Assembly: GCA_043228905.1 (NCBI GenBank)
Contig: JBHGNT010000006.1
Coordinates: 8,680,001 to 8,744,000, forward strand
Direction of reading: 5' to 3'
Length of the DNA: 64,000 nt
From: Azolla caroliniana
Taxonomy: Eukaryota > Plantae > Polypodiophyta
Part shown: one piece after another, positions 49,701 through 62,598 of the stretch
How the letters are laid out: every line of letters starts with the position of its first letter
Numbering within the stretch: position 1 is the first letter of the stretch
The notes under the pieces: generated by a model
The model's database searches: none
The model's input: only the letters and a program-made list of their open reading frames with translations
What the model was told of the DNA's origin: nothing
Translations under genes and position numbers: made by a program

Positions 49701-50955
49701 GGTGAGGGTAGGTCACTAATATTTACATTAGTGAAGGCATAGTATGAACCATACGTACCATTCGTGCATTCGTGTTCAAGAATGATTCAATCATTCGAGA
49801 TTGATAAACACCCTCGAAGAATGATAAATACCATACTTTTGGATAAATGATTTACTATAAGGTAAATATTTTTTCACGGTAAAAAAAATTAATTAATTGC
49901 AAAAAATAAAACACATTACCTTCTTAATAACAATATGCTTTTTTTTCTAAACTCTAATAACAACTATTCAAAATGCCTAGTCTTCAAAAAAATTCTCAAT
50001 GAGGTGTTACATCAAAACGAGCATTCCTAATCTTCATTCAAGGTGATATCATCATCTTCAAAATCATCATCCTCATCTTGTGCATTATCATCAAGATAAG
50101 CCATCACATTGGTGAGGCTCTCATTTTCATCAACTTCTTGTGCTTCTTGTTCACTTTGCAAAACCAATAATCGTTCTTCATCATTTTCTTTCTCAATCAT
50201 GTCAATAGTAACCTCAATAGGATTGAAACCTCTTTCTTTAATCTTCTTAAGAATACGAAGATTTGTGTGCAAAAAAACCAATTTGTGCACATGATTTGAA
50301 CTCAATCTATTTCTCCTCTTAGTATGTATTAATGAAAATGTACTCCAATTCCTTTCACAAGACGATGCACTTGTACCTTGAGATAACACTCTAATTGCAA
50401 GTTTCTTCAAATTGGGAGTGCTTGCTCCAAAAGTTTCCCACCATTTGATTGGTGTGCTTAATCTATTAACATCCTTTGCAAATGGAACTTGAAACAAATC
50501 TTATGCTTGTTTTCTATATGCATAAAACTCATCTAACAAAGCATTTTGTAAAACTATATTACCACTAGCATAAAGCATGACTGTTTTCATCCAGCCCATT
50601 TGTAAATCATGATCTATTTCTTGATCATTTGATGCCCATAATGGATGCAAGACATATCCCGCTCCATGCAATGGCGATTCCAACATTGTTAATCTATGTA
50701 TGCAACACTCTTTTATTTCATCAAGCTTCATAGGATCAATATCTGTCATATTGTTTATCTCCATCAACATTTGTTGTTTAAATTGATAAATCAATCCCAT
50801 TGTAGCACCTTCCCTATCAGTCAAACGAAGAAGCTTTAAAATTGGTTTGCATACCTTCACAATCATCTTTACATTTGCCCAAAAGTTAGCATCCAATACA
50901 ATTGAAACCATCTCTTCTACTTTCTTTGTTTTGGCACCATTCCAATTGCACCATT

Positions 50956-52756
50956 TGTCATGGACACACCAAGTGCGGACTAAGACGGAGCATGGATGAT
51001 GAGGCTACGACGGAGCGATGACGGAATGACACAATAGCATAAATATAGAGATGAAGATTAAGGAGAGAAGATGGGCGAAACGAGAATACTAGATTGATAT
51101 GTCCATGACTGGTGTTGTTCACCTTGAATTCCTTCAAGATGAACTCAACTATTTATACTAAGTGGCATGCATACCTGTTGCACGCATGTGATACAATAGA
51201 GCATGTAGGCAGTAGGTACGCATGCATGTGCCAAGTGTTAATAATACAAGGGAGAAATTATGCACATGATGCTAGCTAAAACCTACAATGAGGAAGTATA
51301 TACATGATTATATGCTAGATGCTTGGTTAACACATAACACTCAATTATAACATGGCTATGTCAAGAGTTCGAATCTTGACATTCCGTCATCACTCCGTCG
51401 TAGCCTCATCATCCATGCTCCGTCTTAGTCCGCACTTGGTGTGTCCTTGACAGTTTGTTCACCTTCCAACTAGAAGCATCACCCGTCTCCGCATCGCCTT
51501 TGCTTCTAGAGTTACCATCGTCACCATACCATCATCCGTCGTTTCTATCTCCTAGTTTCTTCTCATAATTTTCATTGGCTTTTAGTTCTCCTCATCATTG
51601 TCTCTATTTTTTAGTTTCTTTCCCGTTCGTGTTCGTGTTCTAGTTCCTGGTGAGGGCCGCACAAGGCCGCTCACTCCCATTGGTGTTCGTGTTCCAGTTC
51701 CCGGTGAGGGCCGCATGGTCTCTCACGCCCGTTCGTGTTCGAGTTCCTGGTGAGGGCCGCATGGTTGCTCACACCCATTCGTGTTCCAGTCTCCGGTGAG
51801 GGCCGCATGGTCGCTCACTCCCGTTCGTGTTCCAGTCTCCGGTGAGGACCACACATGGTCGCTCACTCTAGTTATTTTTCATGTTCCACATCCCGGCGAG
51901 GACCGACATGGTCGCTCATGCCCATTGCGGCTCATGTTCCAGTTCTCGGTGAGGACCACACATGGTCGCTCATGCCAGTTATTGTTCATGTTCCAGTTCC
52001 CAATGAGGACCACACATGGTCGATTACTCCAACTCTCAGCGAGGACCGTTGGTTCACGCCCGTTGGTGTTCGTGTTCCAACTCTCAGCGAGGACCGTTCC
52101 AGTTCCCGGCAAGGACCCCACATGGTTACTCATGCCCCTTGGTGTTCATGCTCCCCGTGAGGACCGCACATGGTCGCTCATGCCCATTGGTGTTAAATAC
52201 GTCATCTTGTGGAAGGGTTACTCCTTGTCTAGGATTTACAAAATACTTTGGAGGTGATCTAAGATTTTCATCAACAATATCCCCTTAAGTTGGCAAACGA
52301 TTTGGGAAGGCATCGTTGGAGGGGGGATAATGTCAAGATTCGAACTCTTGACATAGCCATGTTATAATTGAGTGTTATGTGTTAACCAAACATCTAGCAT
52401 ATAATCATGTATATACTTCCTCATTGTAGGTTTTAGCTAGCATCATGTGCATAATTTCTCCCTTGTATTATTAACACTTGGCACATGCATGCGTACCTAC
52501 TGCCTACATGCTCTATTGTATCACATGCGTGCAACAGGTATGCATGCCACTTAGTATAAATAGTTGAGTTCATCTTGAAGGAATTCAAGGTGAACAACAC
52601 CAGTCATGGACATATCAATCTAGTATTCTCGTTTCGCCCATCTTCTCTCCTTAATCTTCATCTCTATCTTTATGCTATTGTGTCATTCCGTCATCGCTCC
52701 GTCGTAGCCTCATCATCCATGCTCCGTCTTAGTCCGCACTTGGTGTGTCCATGACA
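50956..52756 (+). mobile_element. 1.8-kb non-coding LTR element (TRIM-like) with an inverted left LTR
   Basis: Right LTR 52331-52756 follows PPT GGAGGGGGGATAA; 50956-51381 is its reverse complement; 51382-51452 repeats the LTR 3' end in direct orientation; TSD CCATT. Confidence 0.9.
51627..52195 (+). repeat. Degenerate tandem array of ~45-55-bp units
   Basis: Recurrent GTTCCAGTTCCCGGTGAGG(G/A)CC(G/A)CATGGTCGCTCA, roughly ten copies. Confidence 0.85.
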
Positions 52757-54409
52757 CCATTGTTCACTAACCACCATTCTTCTCAAACCACCATAAACTT
52801 TATCATCCAAAAAATTGGATAACACAATAAAACTATAAGAAAACCTAGTCGTAGAAGGTTTAAGCAAGTCTTTTCCACTAAACTTGTGAAACATAACCAA
52901 AGCATATTGTTTTCTAGTTATGAAACCACTAATCTTCATAGCTGATCGCAAAATGGCATCAATCCAAGCAAATTTGGCAATCTCCTCCAACAACAAATCA
53001 ACACAATGGCAAGTGCATCTAGTGTAAATTATAGATGGCCACTCCTTTTCTATCATATGTCCCGCAACCACACAATTTGCAGCATTATCCATACAAACTT
53101 GAACTACATTTGATGGTCCAACTTCAAGAATAGCATCCTTCAAAATTTTAAATATGTATTCACCTGTCTTGACATGACCACTTTTATCTATTGATTTCAA
53201 AAACATTGTGCCATGTAGTGAAGAAGCTAAAACATTAATAATTGGTCTATTTCTAGTGTCTGACCAGCCATCATTAACAATAGTGCATCCATATGTCTTC
53301 CAACTCTCTTTCAACAATATAAGATCATGCTCAACATTTACAACTTCTCCATTAAGATATTTCTTACGCAATTGATAAGCAGAAGGTGCTTTAAACGAAG
53401 GACCCACTTTTGAAACAGCCATAAGCATATCATGGAAAAATGAGTTTTCCACTTTCCAATGTGCAATATCTTCCGCATAAAAAAATCTTGCAATAGCCTT
53501 TTCTGCCTGTTTCCTCAATGCCAATTCAAAAGCCATTGGGAGCGAACCACTCGTCTCTATCTTTTGCTTTTTAGTAGCCATTTTATTCATTGAAATGGAA
53601 CTAGAAATAGAGGCATCTGTAGACGCATCTGCATTAGCATTAACAATAGTATTACTATTTGCATATGTTTGTACATCTGAATTCAAGTGATCATTTCCAT
53701 GAACCATTGCATTTTTTAATTGACTCCTCACGATATCGCTTGCTTTTGTGCATTTTTCTACACCTTGTCCTCTTATTCCCAATATATGGGCCCTAATTCG
53801 ATGAGGGCCACCAACAAAGACATGATTACAATATTTGCATTTCATCAAATGCGTTCCTTTTGCATTCTTTACTTGAATTAGAACATGTTCCCACTCCAGA
53901 CCTTTTTGTCTACCCATTAGTTCCTAAATTAATGTAAAACATAAATATCAAAATCTATTTATTGTAATTTTTGTGCGTATAAATTTTGTACTACATAGCT
54001 TAGTATGTGTGTATAGACATTACACGAATTACTTCAAAATGATAGAAATTATAGACAAATTAAAGCAATTACAGACATTATAGAATAATTTCATTATAGA
54101 AATTTCAGAAATTTCATTACAGAACTTTAAACCCTATTATTAACCCTAAATATACCTGAAGGCTGAATCTCGTTGGTATGCAGATCGTTCGAGGCTAGGT
54201 GGGAGAGGAGAGGAGAGCGTAACGTTACGTTGATGTGCAAAGGAAAAGGGGGGGGAAAGGGGGAAAAAGAGGGAAAAAACAAAAAAAAGGAAAAAAAAAC
54301 ACGTGAATATTTGAATATTATTCGTGTTCGTTTTCCAACGTAGGAAAACGAATGATATGGCAGACGAACACGAATTTTACGTACTATGAGTGAAGGGTAT
54401 TTTCACTAA

Positions 54410-57283
54410 TGTTAAAAAAGGGGCTAATGTGATTGGATAGAAGGAATGATAGGTGCATGCACTATCATGATTTGGGCAACCAATGAATGGAGACCCTTTT
54501 AGAAATGCACATCTATTCAAGGGGCCTAGGAAAAGGTATAAGTATGAGGCTTAGCTACCCTCATAAGCACATTACGTCGGAAGGCTGTTGTCTTAGAGAC
54601 CGGTGGTGCAGGCTTGGTTTTCATCTTGATGATCATGTTTATCTCTTCCAAGGTATTAGTCATCCTAATATCCAGCTGTATGGGACGTTGGTGGTAGGTT
54701 GGTTATGTCTAGATCATAGCTCGGGGGTGGTTGGGTGGAACGGGTTCTTCTATCCAATCTATTTTCCTTCTTTTACTTTACTTTGGTCTATTGATTAGTA
54801 ATAGTCTCTTAACAGTGGTATCAGAGCATTTAATAACTTCTCTTTTTTTTTTATGTTTTTTGTGTGTGATCGATGGGGATCTAACAAGGCTCGTCATGCT
54901 CTTCATAGGATCAAAACAACATTCTTAACCTAGTATTCTTCTTTCTCGATCTCTCTTTTCTTTTCTATGATGCATTCTTCTTGGTCAAATCAAATTTGTA
55001 TTACGTTTTATTTTCTTTTCTTTCTACTTTCTACCATTCTACGATTTTAATTATTATTGTGCATTGGGCTGAGCATGTTTTCCCTAATCGCACACGCTCA
55101 CCTCATGGCCCTTTTGCATATGATGTTGAGTATGCCACTCTTCCCTTTATTGAGCCATCACTTGGCCGATTCTATGGGATGGTGTGGCCTTGACGAGGTG
55201 TATGTCGCCTACCTATACCACTCTACTCTCTATTGAGCCATCACTTGACCGATTCTATGGGATGTGGTGGTCTTGAGGAGGTGCATGTCGACTACCCTAG
55301 GGTTTCTTGCCTTATGGCATGCTTAATGTTCATACACCTAATTGATTATTATTCCACCTATTTTTTAATTACACGAGTTATCTTCTCCCTTTCTTATGAT
55401 TTTCTTATGATTTTCATCTATCCACCCACACTTCACTATTTTTTTAACCTTAATTTTTATGTTCATCTACACTATTGACATGTGTTTCTCTATTGGGCAA
55501 CGATTTTGTGTAGTCTAATTTTTTCGTATTAAGTGGGCATCACGCCGCTTTTTAAATCTTTTTTTCAAAGTGTCCTCTAGGTTTAAGTCATTGAGCCTTA
55601 GAACTCGATTAAAAACACATGAGTTCCCCTATTGATGTTTTGCTCATAAATTTGAGTACTACATCTTTGCGCACAACACCACCACCATTTGTATCAAGTT
55701 GTGGCTTATGTCACAATTGTGCACATTACAATCGCCATATTGGGATGGATATGTGCATACCTCGCACCATCCATTTATTGGTGGTATTTTTTTTTGTAGA
55801 CAACGCATGGTTTTTGAAGCTTGTTTTCGTCACTTCTTGACTCTTATAGAGGTAGTGACTTCTTTTTCTCTTTTTTTCATAACATTTTCTTGCTACTCGC
55901 AAGACTAGAATATTACTTGCGAGTGCACTTGTTTTTTCACGTAATACACTTTCTTGACCATATCAATACATGTTGGGTTGGCATTCTAATATAAGGCTAA
56001 CTAGGAAACTACATTGATGTTAGAACCCTTGATTATTCAAGATAGAGATCCAAGAAAGACATATTAGCTATGTTTTCCCCCATGGTTTTTTAAACACCAT
56101 AGTGTTACCATAGTTATCGGATCCCGAATCACATCTCATATGTCTAGAGGGGTAAAGACGTGAGATGCTTTCTTGGTAAAGTTCTTACAATCAAAATTTC
56201 AAGCATTCATTTTGCTTGTGTATTTTCTGAACCTCCTTATTTATATTGCATACCCACAGCTTGCATCATGGAACAAGTTTTGAACGTTGTTGGAGCGATC
56301 TCTCCAACCGAGTGGACTCTCAACTCCAATCTGAATCTCGCACACAAGCTGAGATCACTATTGAGCACTTGCTCACTACTACCTTGAATCAATTGGTCGA
56401 AATGAGGCAAGCCAATATGGCATTGGAAAAGAAATTCCAAGAATTGACTATTGGGTCCAAGAAAGAAGGTGAACCTTCTTTCATAGTAACGCCATTCAAG
56501 GGAGATAAGAAAGAAAGAACTTAGGAGGCCATTAGCACTTGGCTTGGTTGTTGGGAATCTCACTTTGAGCTCCACCCCAAGCCCAATGTTGTAAAAAGTG
56601 GTTATGTCGGACGTGAGTTAGGTGGTCGAGCTACTGCTTGGTGGTGCGCCCTTAGGACTACAAAGAACTTACCCACAACTTGAGTAAGTTTCGTTGATGT
56701 TTATAAGAAATAGTTTTTGCAACCACCTTCTCAAACTGAACAAGTGCAACACTTGCTCACGTTGTCGAGTAAGCCATTTGCCTCTCTCGAGGATTATGTG
56801 CATCATGCTCGGACCCAGATCCAAAAATCGGGACGTATGGGTGAGAAATGGTTTGTTGCTTGCTTTTTGAATGGTATTCCCAACGGGGATTATCATTGGA
56901 TTGTCCGTGACAAGGACTCCACAACTTTCGAGGAAGCCGTCAACATTGTACTTCGGTACCATAGGACTTCCAAGAAAGACCACAATAAACCTGTCATGAT
57001 ATGGCAAAACTCAAACCCATGACCTTATGTTACATGGGTCGAGCTCTTAACCATTAGACTATATATTATAATACGAAGAATATTATTTTCACTTTGGTTT
57101 TACTATAGAAAATTGATGTATATTCCAGATTTCTCTAGAACATTCTAGAAACTTCAGGAGTACTCTTGAGAAAACTATAAGAGGCACAAGGCATTATTTC
57201 GAACCAAATCGGTTCAACGCCAGTCATAAGCCTCCTAGCTACTATTGTATATTCCCTTAACATAATATATATCTTTTGTTATC

Positions 57284-57328
<45 letters not shown>

Positions 57329-60300
57329 ACTCACTCACTCACTCACTCACTCTCTCCTTCTCTTGAGAGTTCTACACCTCCCTTAGTACTAATCCTCATC
57401 TTTTAGTACTAATTCCTTCTCTGTTTTAGTATTGTTCCTGACAGCACTTCTCTATCTTAGTACTGCTCCTGACAGTTTGAACTAATTTTGTCTCTCCTTC
57501 CTTCTCTTCCTTTATCTTCTTACTTCTCCCTCCCTTCATACAAATCTCTTATTCCTCTTTTCTCTCATACTATGGCCAATGTTAGCGCTCAAGAATATCA
57601 ATCCATTTTCTCAGAGATGCAATGCTTGAAAGAGAAGTTCCTTGCTTTGGAACAAGAAAATCAACAGTTGTTGGGGGATCTTCAACAAATCTCCTTAGAA
57701 AAGCAACAGATGCAACAACAACATGGGGAACTTGTGGTACGCGTGCAACAACTCGAAGCAACCTTAGTAACGATGCAACAACAAGGACCTAGTACGTAAG
57801 GGATTCATAAAGAACCCAAGATTGGCCTTCCCATGAAATTCGATGGAATGCGATCGTAGTTTAGAGGATTCCTTAATCAAGTACGATTAGTCATTCAAAT
57901 GTATCCTTCTCGATATCCCACCGATGCATCACGAGTGGGACTAGTAGGCACTCTACTTAGTGGCACGGCTTTGGCATGGTTCGCCCCCCATGTTAGAAAA
58001 AATCTCTCCCTTGTTAAATAATTTCGAAGAGTTTATTACCGAGTTTAAAGCCTGTTTTGGAGATACCGACAATGTTAGAACAGCAATCAACAAAATCCGA
58101 AGATTGTGCCAAGGTGAGCGGTCAGCCTCGGCTTATGCTGCGGATTTCCGTCTTCTCGCCACCGATATTCCCTGGGATGACCAGGCACTAATGGAGCAAT
58201 TTCATTTTGGCCTACGTAATGATGTTAAAGATTTACTCTTAACTTTCCCCGAGGAGCCAAAGTCATTGATAGAAGCAATCAGTCATGCGGTGCGATGCGA
58301 TAATCGCCTCTTCGAACGACATTCGAAACGTCAGTTCCAAATGCCACGGACAAGATCGGAGCCCACCTACGCTTCAATCGTAGCAAAGCCTTTCCCAAGG
58401 GAGTCATTCAATATGTCTCCAACAAATACTCCGACTAATGGAAATCGACACCACACGTCACCGCAGACCACTAAAGGAAGAAGAAAAGCAACGACGCAGG
58501 GCAAATCGATTATGTCTTTATTGCGGTGGACCGTGGCATATTGCTAACCGCTAGTACTAATAGTACTAAACCCGATTCTATTCCTCTAGGTGTGTATGAT
58601 AGTCCTAATAGCCCAAGTCTTTCAAACAAATTTGAAATCCTTAGTCAACTAGAAGAAGAGTTAAACGATTAAGTCCAGCCAAAATAGGAGTCGTTTGGTT
58701 GGACAGCCCTAGATCTGTGCAACCCATTAGTGGTTCCATTTCCTCTAAGCTAGTTAGTAATGTGTTCTTAGCTCAAGTAATGGTTAGTACTAAAAGTACT
58801 CCTGCAGTACATGTCTTAGCACTCTTAGATTCCAGAGCCAACTCTTGCTTCATGGATAGGAATTTTGCCTAAGCTCATCAGATATCCCTAAAGAAACTCC
58901 CATGTCTAGCCTCTATAGTAGTCATTCATGGTCGTCCCATTACTTCCGGAAATATTATAGAAGAGTCAGAACCCGTTAATATTGTCCTAGATAACTTAGC
59001 ATGTGTAGTATCATTTAATATAATTAGTATCCCAGAACATCCCATTGTTTTGGGATTACCATGGTTCGAATTACATAACCCAGCCATAGATTGGAGAACA
59101 AGAGAAATACGGTGTCGACAAACCCGAGGATCTACTCATAAGATTGCAACCATTTCGCTACATCAGTTGCGTGAGGAAGGACGCAAGGAAGAAATGTTTC
59201 TCTTCGCAATATCAATAAACCCCTCCAGTATCAATAAAGAGGAGTCCATTGTTCAACTTCCAGAGAAGTATCGTCATTATGCAGATGTGTTCGATAAAGT
59301 ACGAGCTAATACACTTCCTCACTATCGACCGTATGATTTCCCCATCAATTTACAACCGAGAAAAGAGCCACCATGGGGACCAATCTACAATTTGTCAAAT
59401 CTACCGAGCTAGAAGTCCTTTGAGCCTATATAGAGGAGAATTTGGCAAATGGTTTCATTCGACATTCGAAATCTTCAGCCAGCGCACCCATTTTCTGAAT
59501 GTCAAGAAAAAAGATGGATCACTTCATCTCATCGTAGATTACCTAGGTTGAATAAAGTCACCATCAGGAATAGGTATGCACTTCCCCTTATCTCAAGTCT
59601 TTTAGAATGGATCAATGGTGCAAGGTTCTTCACAAAGATCGACTTACGAGGAGCGTATAACCTCGTACAGATCTAACCAAGAGATTAATGGAAGACTACG
59701 TTTCGCACTAGATATGGGCACTTCGAGTATACGGTCATGCCATTCGGCCTCACTAATGCGCCAACAATCTTCCAACACATGGAAAATGATATATTCTTAG
59801 ATCTCTTGGATGATTTCTTGATCATCTATTTGGATGATTTACTAGTTTATTTGAAGACCCAAGAAGAGCATGATTCTCATGTACTGTTAGTACTAAAACG
59901 ACTTCGAGAACATGGTCTTTATGCAAAACTGGAAAAATGTAGTTTTGGGTGCAACTAGGTAGAATTTTTGGGCTATGTCATTTCCTCGGAAGGCATCTCC
60001 ATGAATCTAGCTAAGGTCAAAACGGTGGTAGGGTGGCAGACTCTGCGTTCATTGCGAGATGTACAATGCTTTTTAGGCTTTGCCAATTTTTACCACAAAT
60101 TCATACAGGATTACTCAAAGCTTGTTCTGCCTCTCACACAACTTACCAGGAAGGGAAAATCATTTGTTTGGTCTGAAGAAGTGGACATTGCTTTTGAGAG
60201 TCTTAAGAAGGCATTTACATCAGCTCCTATTTTAGCTCATGTTGATCCAGAGAAACCATTCATCATTGAAGCAGACGCGTTGGATTTTGCCTTGGGTAGC

Positions 60301-62537
60301 ATTCTGTCTCAACAAGGCGATGATGAGAAGCTACATCATGTGGCTTTCCATTCACGCAAGTTTGACGCTACGGAAATCAACTATGAAATTCATGATAATG
60401 AGCTATTAGCAATAGTGGACTCTTTTACGCAATGGAGGCATTTTCTAAAGGGGTCTTCTCATCAAGTCATCATATTCAGTGATCACAAAAGCCTTGTAGT
60501 CTTTCAGAATGCTCGTGTGTTAAATCGACGTCAAGCTCGATGGGCCCAATTCCTCACTCGTTTCTACTTCAAAATTACATATCATCTGGGGAAGCAACAA
60601 GGGAAGGCAGATGCATTAGCACGGCATTCGTATCTAGCACCGCATCTCGGCGAGCCGGCTTCTGATAACCAAAAGCAAGTAATCTTGGGACTGGCACGAC
60701 TGCAAGCAACGCAGGTCTTCAATTTTGGCCTTGGATTCCCACATTATCGATACCATACGTGAGGACTTGAAGACAGATGTTTTCGCTGACAAGCCATTCT
60801 AGCACAAATTGATCCCTCTCGAGCATCTTGTTCACAGTCGCAACAACCAGGTACAGACTATCGACAATTCGAATGTCATGATGGATTACTATTCTTTAAG
60901 AAACTCTTGTATGTTCCTAATGGCACTTGTCGCCTTCAAGTAGTCCAAAACTGTCATGACACATATACAATTGGGCATTTTGGTAGTACTAAAACACTAG
61001 ATTTAGTACAATGATCCTTCTGGTGGCCCCATATGCGACAATTTGTCGAAGATTTTGTTCGGACTTGTGATACATGTTGCAGACCAAAAATGCCAAGGCA
61101 TCATCCATATGGTTTATTAGAACCATTACCAATTCCAAGCAAGCCATGGCAATCCATTGCCCTAGATTTCATCACAGATCTTCCGGTCTCTAAGGGATTC
61201 GATGTGATCATAACAGTAGTAGATCAATATACGAAGATGGCCCATTTCCTGCCATGTACTAAGGAGATCTCCAGTGAAGAAACTGTTGAAATTGTCATGC
61301 GTGAAGTATGTCGGCATCATGGCCTTCCCGATAGTATCATCAGCGACCGTGGACCCCAGTTCATCTCGAAGTTCTAGAAGCACCTCTTTAAAATGCTTAA
61401 GGTCACTTGTAACCTCTCCTCCGGCTACCACCCATAAACAGACGGCCAAGCAGAACGAACAAATCAAACGTTGGAGCAGTATCTTCAATGCTTTTTAAGC
61501 TATCATCAAGATGACTGAGCAAATATTCTCCACTTCGCCGAATTTGCATATAATAACTCTGTCCACTCATCGACAAAGGTGACACCATTTTATGCTTACA
61601 CAGGCTGTCACCCCCGAGGGTGTGTATTTGAAATCCCAGAGTTACCTACAAATCCTTGTGTAGAGGATCGTTTGGAGCGGCTACGTAAGATACAAGCGGA
61701 TTTATCTACTCATCTACAACAAGCTCAACAAACACACAAGGTTTACGCGGATTGTCATCGACTTCCATCCAGTTTTGACATTGGAGATTGGGTGTGCCTA
61801 CTACGAAGACACATCAAGACTACTCGCCCATGCGAGAAGTTAGATTACCGGCAATTAGGTCCTTTCTCTATTATCGGAAAAATTAATGATGTCGCTTTTT
61901 GTCTCGATCTACCTCCACAACTTCGGATACATCCGGTGTTTCATGGTTCTCTCCTCGAACCCTATCAAGACAGCACCATCCCAGGTCGTATTAAACAACC
62001 TCCACCCTCGATCGAGCCTGAAGATGGACCTTGAGTACGAGGTTGCCGCCATCCTCGATTCCAAGATTGTTCGCAACAAGCTCTACTATTTAGTCGATTG
62101 GCTAGGATATGGTTCCAGCGAGCGTACTTGGGAACCAATAGAGAATGTGACCAATATTTGTGCTCTTCTTGAAGACTTCCATCGTCAATATCCAGACAAA
62201 CCGGGTCCTCAATCCAAAACGACTCGTGACGCTCGTCGTTTTAAAAGGGGGATAGTGTCATGATATGGCAAGACCTTATGTTACATAGGTCGAGCTCTTG
62301 ACCATTAGACTATATGTTGTAATACGAAGGATATTATTTTCATTTAGGTTTTACTATAAAAAATTGATGTATATTCCAGATTTCTCTAGAACATTCTAGA
62401 AACTTCAGGAGTACTCCTAAGAACACTATAAAACGAGGCACAAGGCATTATTTTGAACCAAATCGATTCAACACTAGTCTTAAGCCTCCTAGCTACTATT
62501 GTATATCCCCTTAACATAATATATATCTTTTGTTATC

Positions 62538-62598
<61 letters not shown>

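Larger units (their letters stand above)
50027..53917 (-). pseudogene. hAT transposase (BED finger, DUF659 core, dimerisation domain), interrupted by an LTR element
   Basis: KCKYC..RIRAH, DGWSD, VCMDNAAN, CTCHCVDL, WWETFG..LAIRVLSQ..SSCERNWSTF. Removing 50956-52756 plus one TSD copy restores SEQW|CNWNG; one TAA at 50501. Confidence 0.92.
49738..54388 (-). mobile_element. hAT DNA transposon
   Basis: Termini CATAGTA...TACTATG; 8-bp TSD AGTGAAGG at 49730-49737 and 54389-54396; subterminal TTCGTG/CACGAA motifs. Confidence 0.93.

Noticed and set aside
51627-52195. CRISPR-like array
   Set aside because: Units are degenerate tandem copies without unique spacers; no cas genes; eukaryotic context.
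50956-52756. True DIRS (tyrosine recombinase) element
   Set aside because: It has TG..CA ends, a PPT, a self-priming PBS and a 5-bp TSD, and no recombinase ORF. These point to integrase-type LTR origin.
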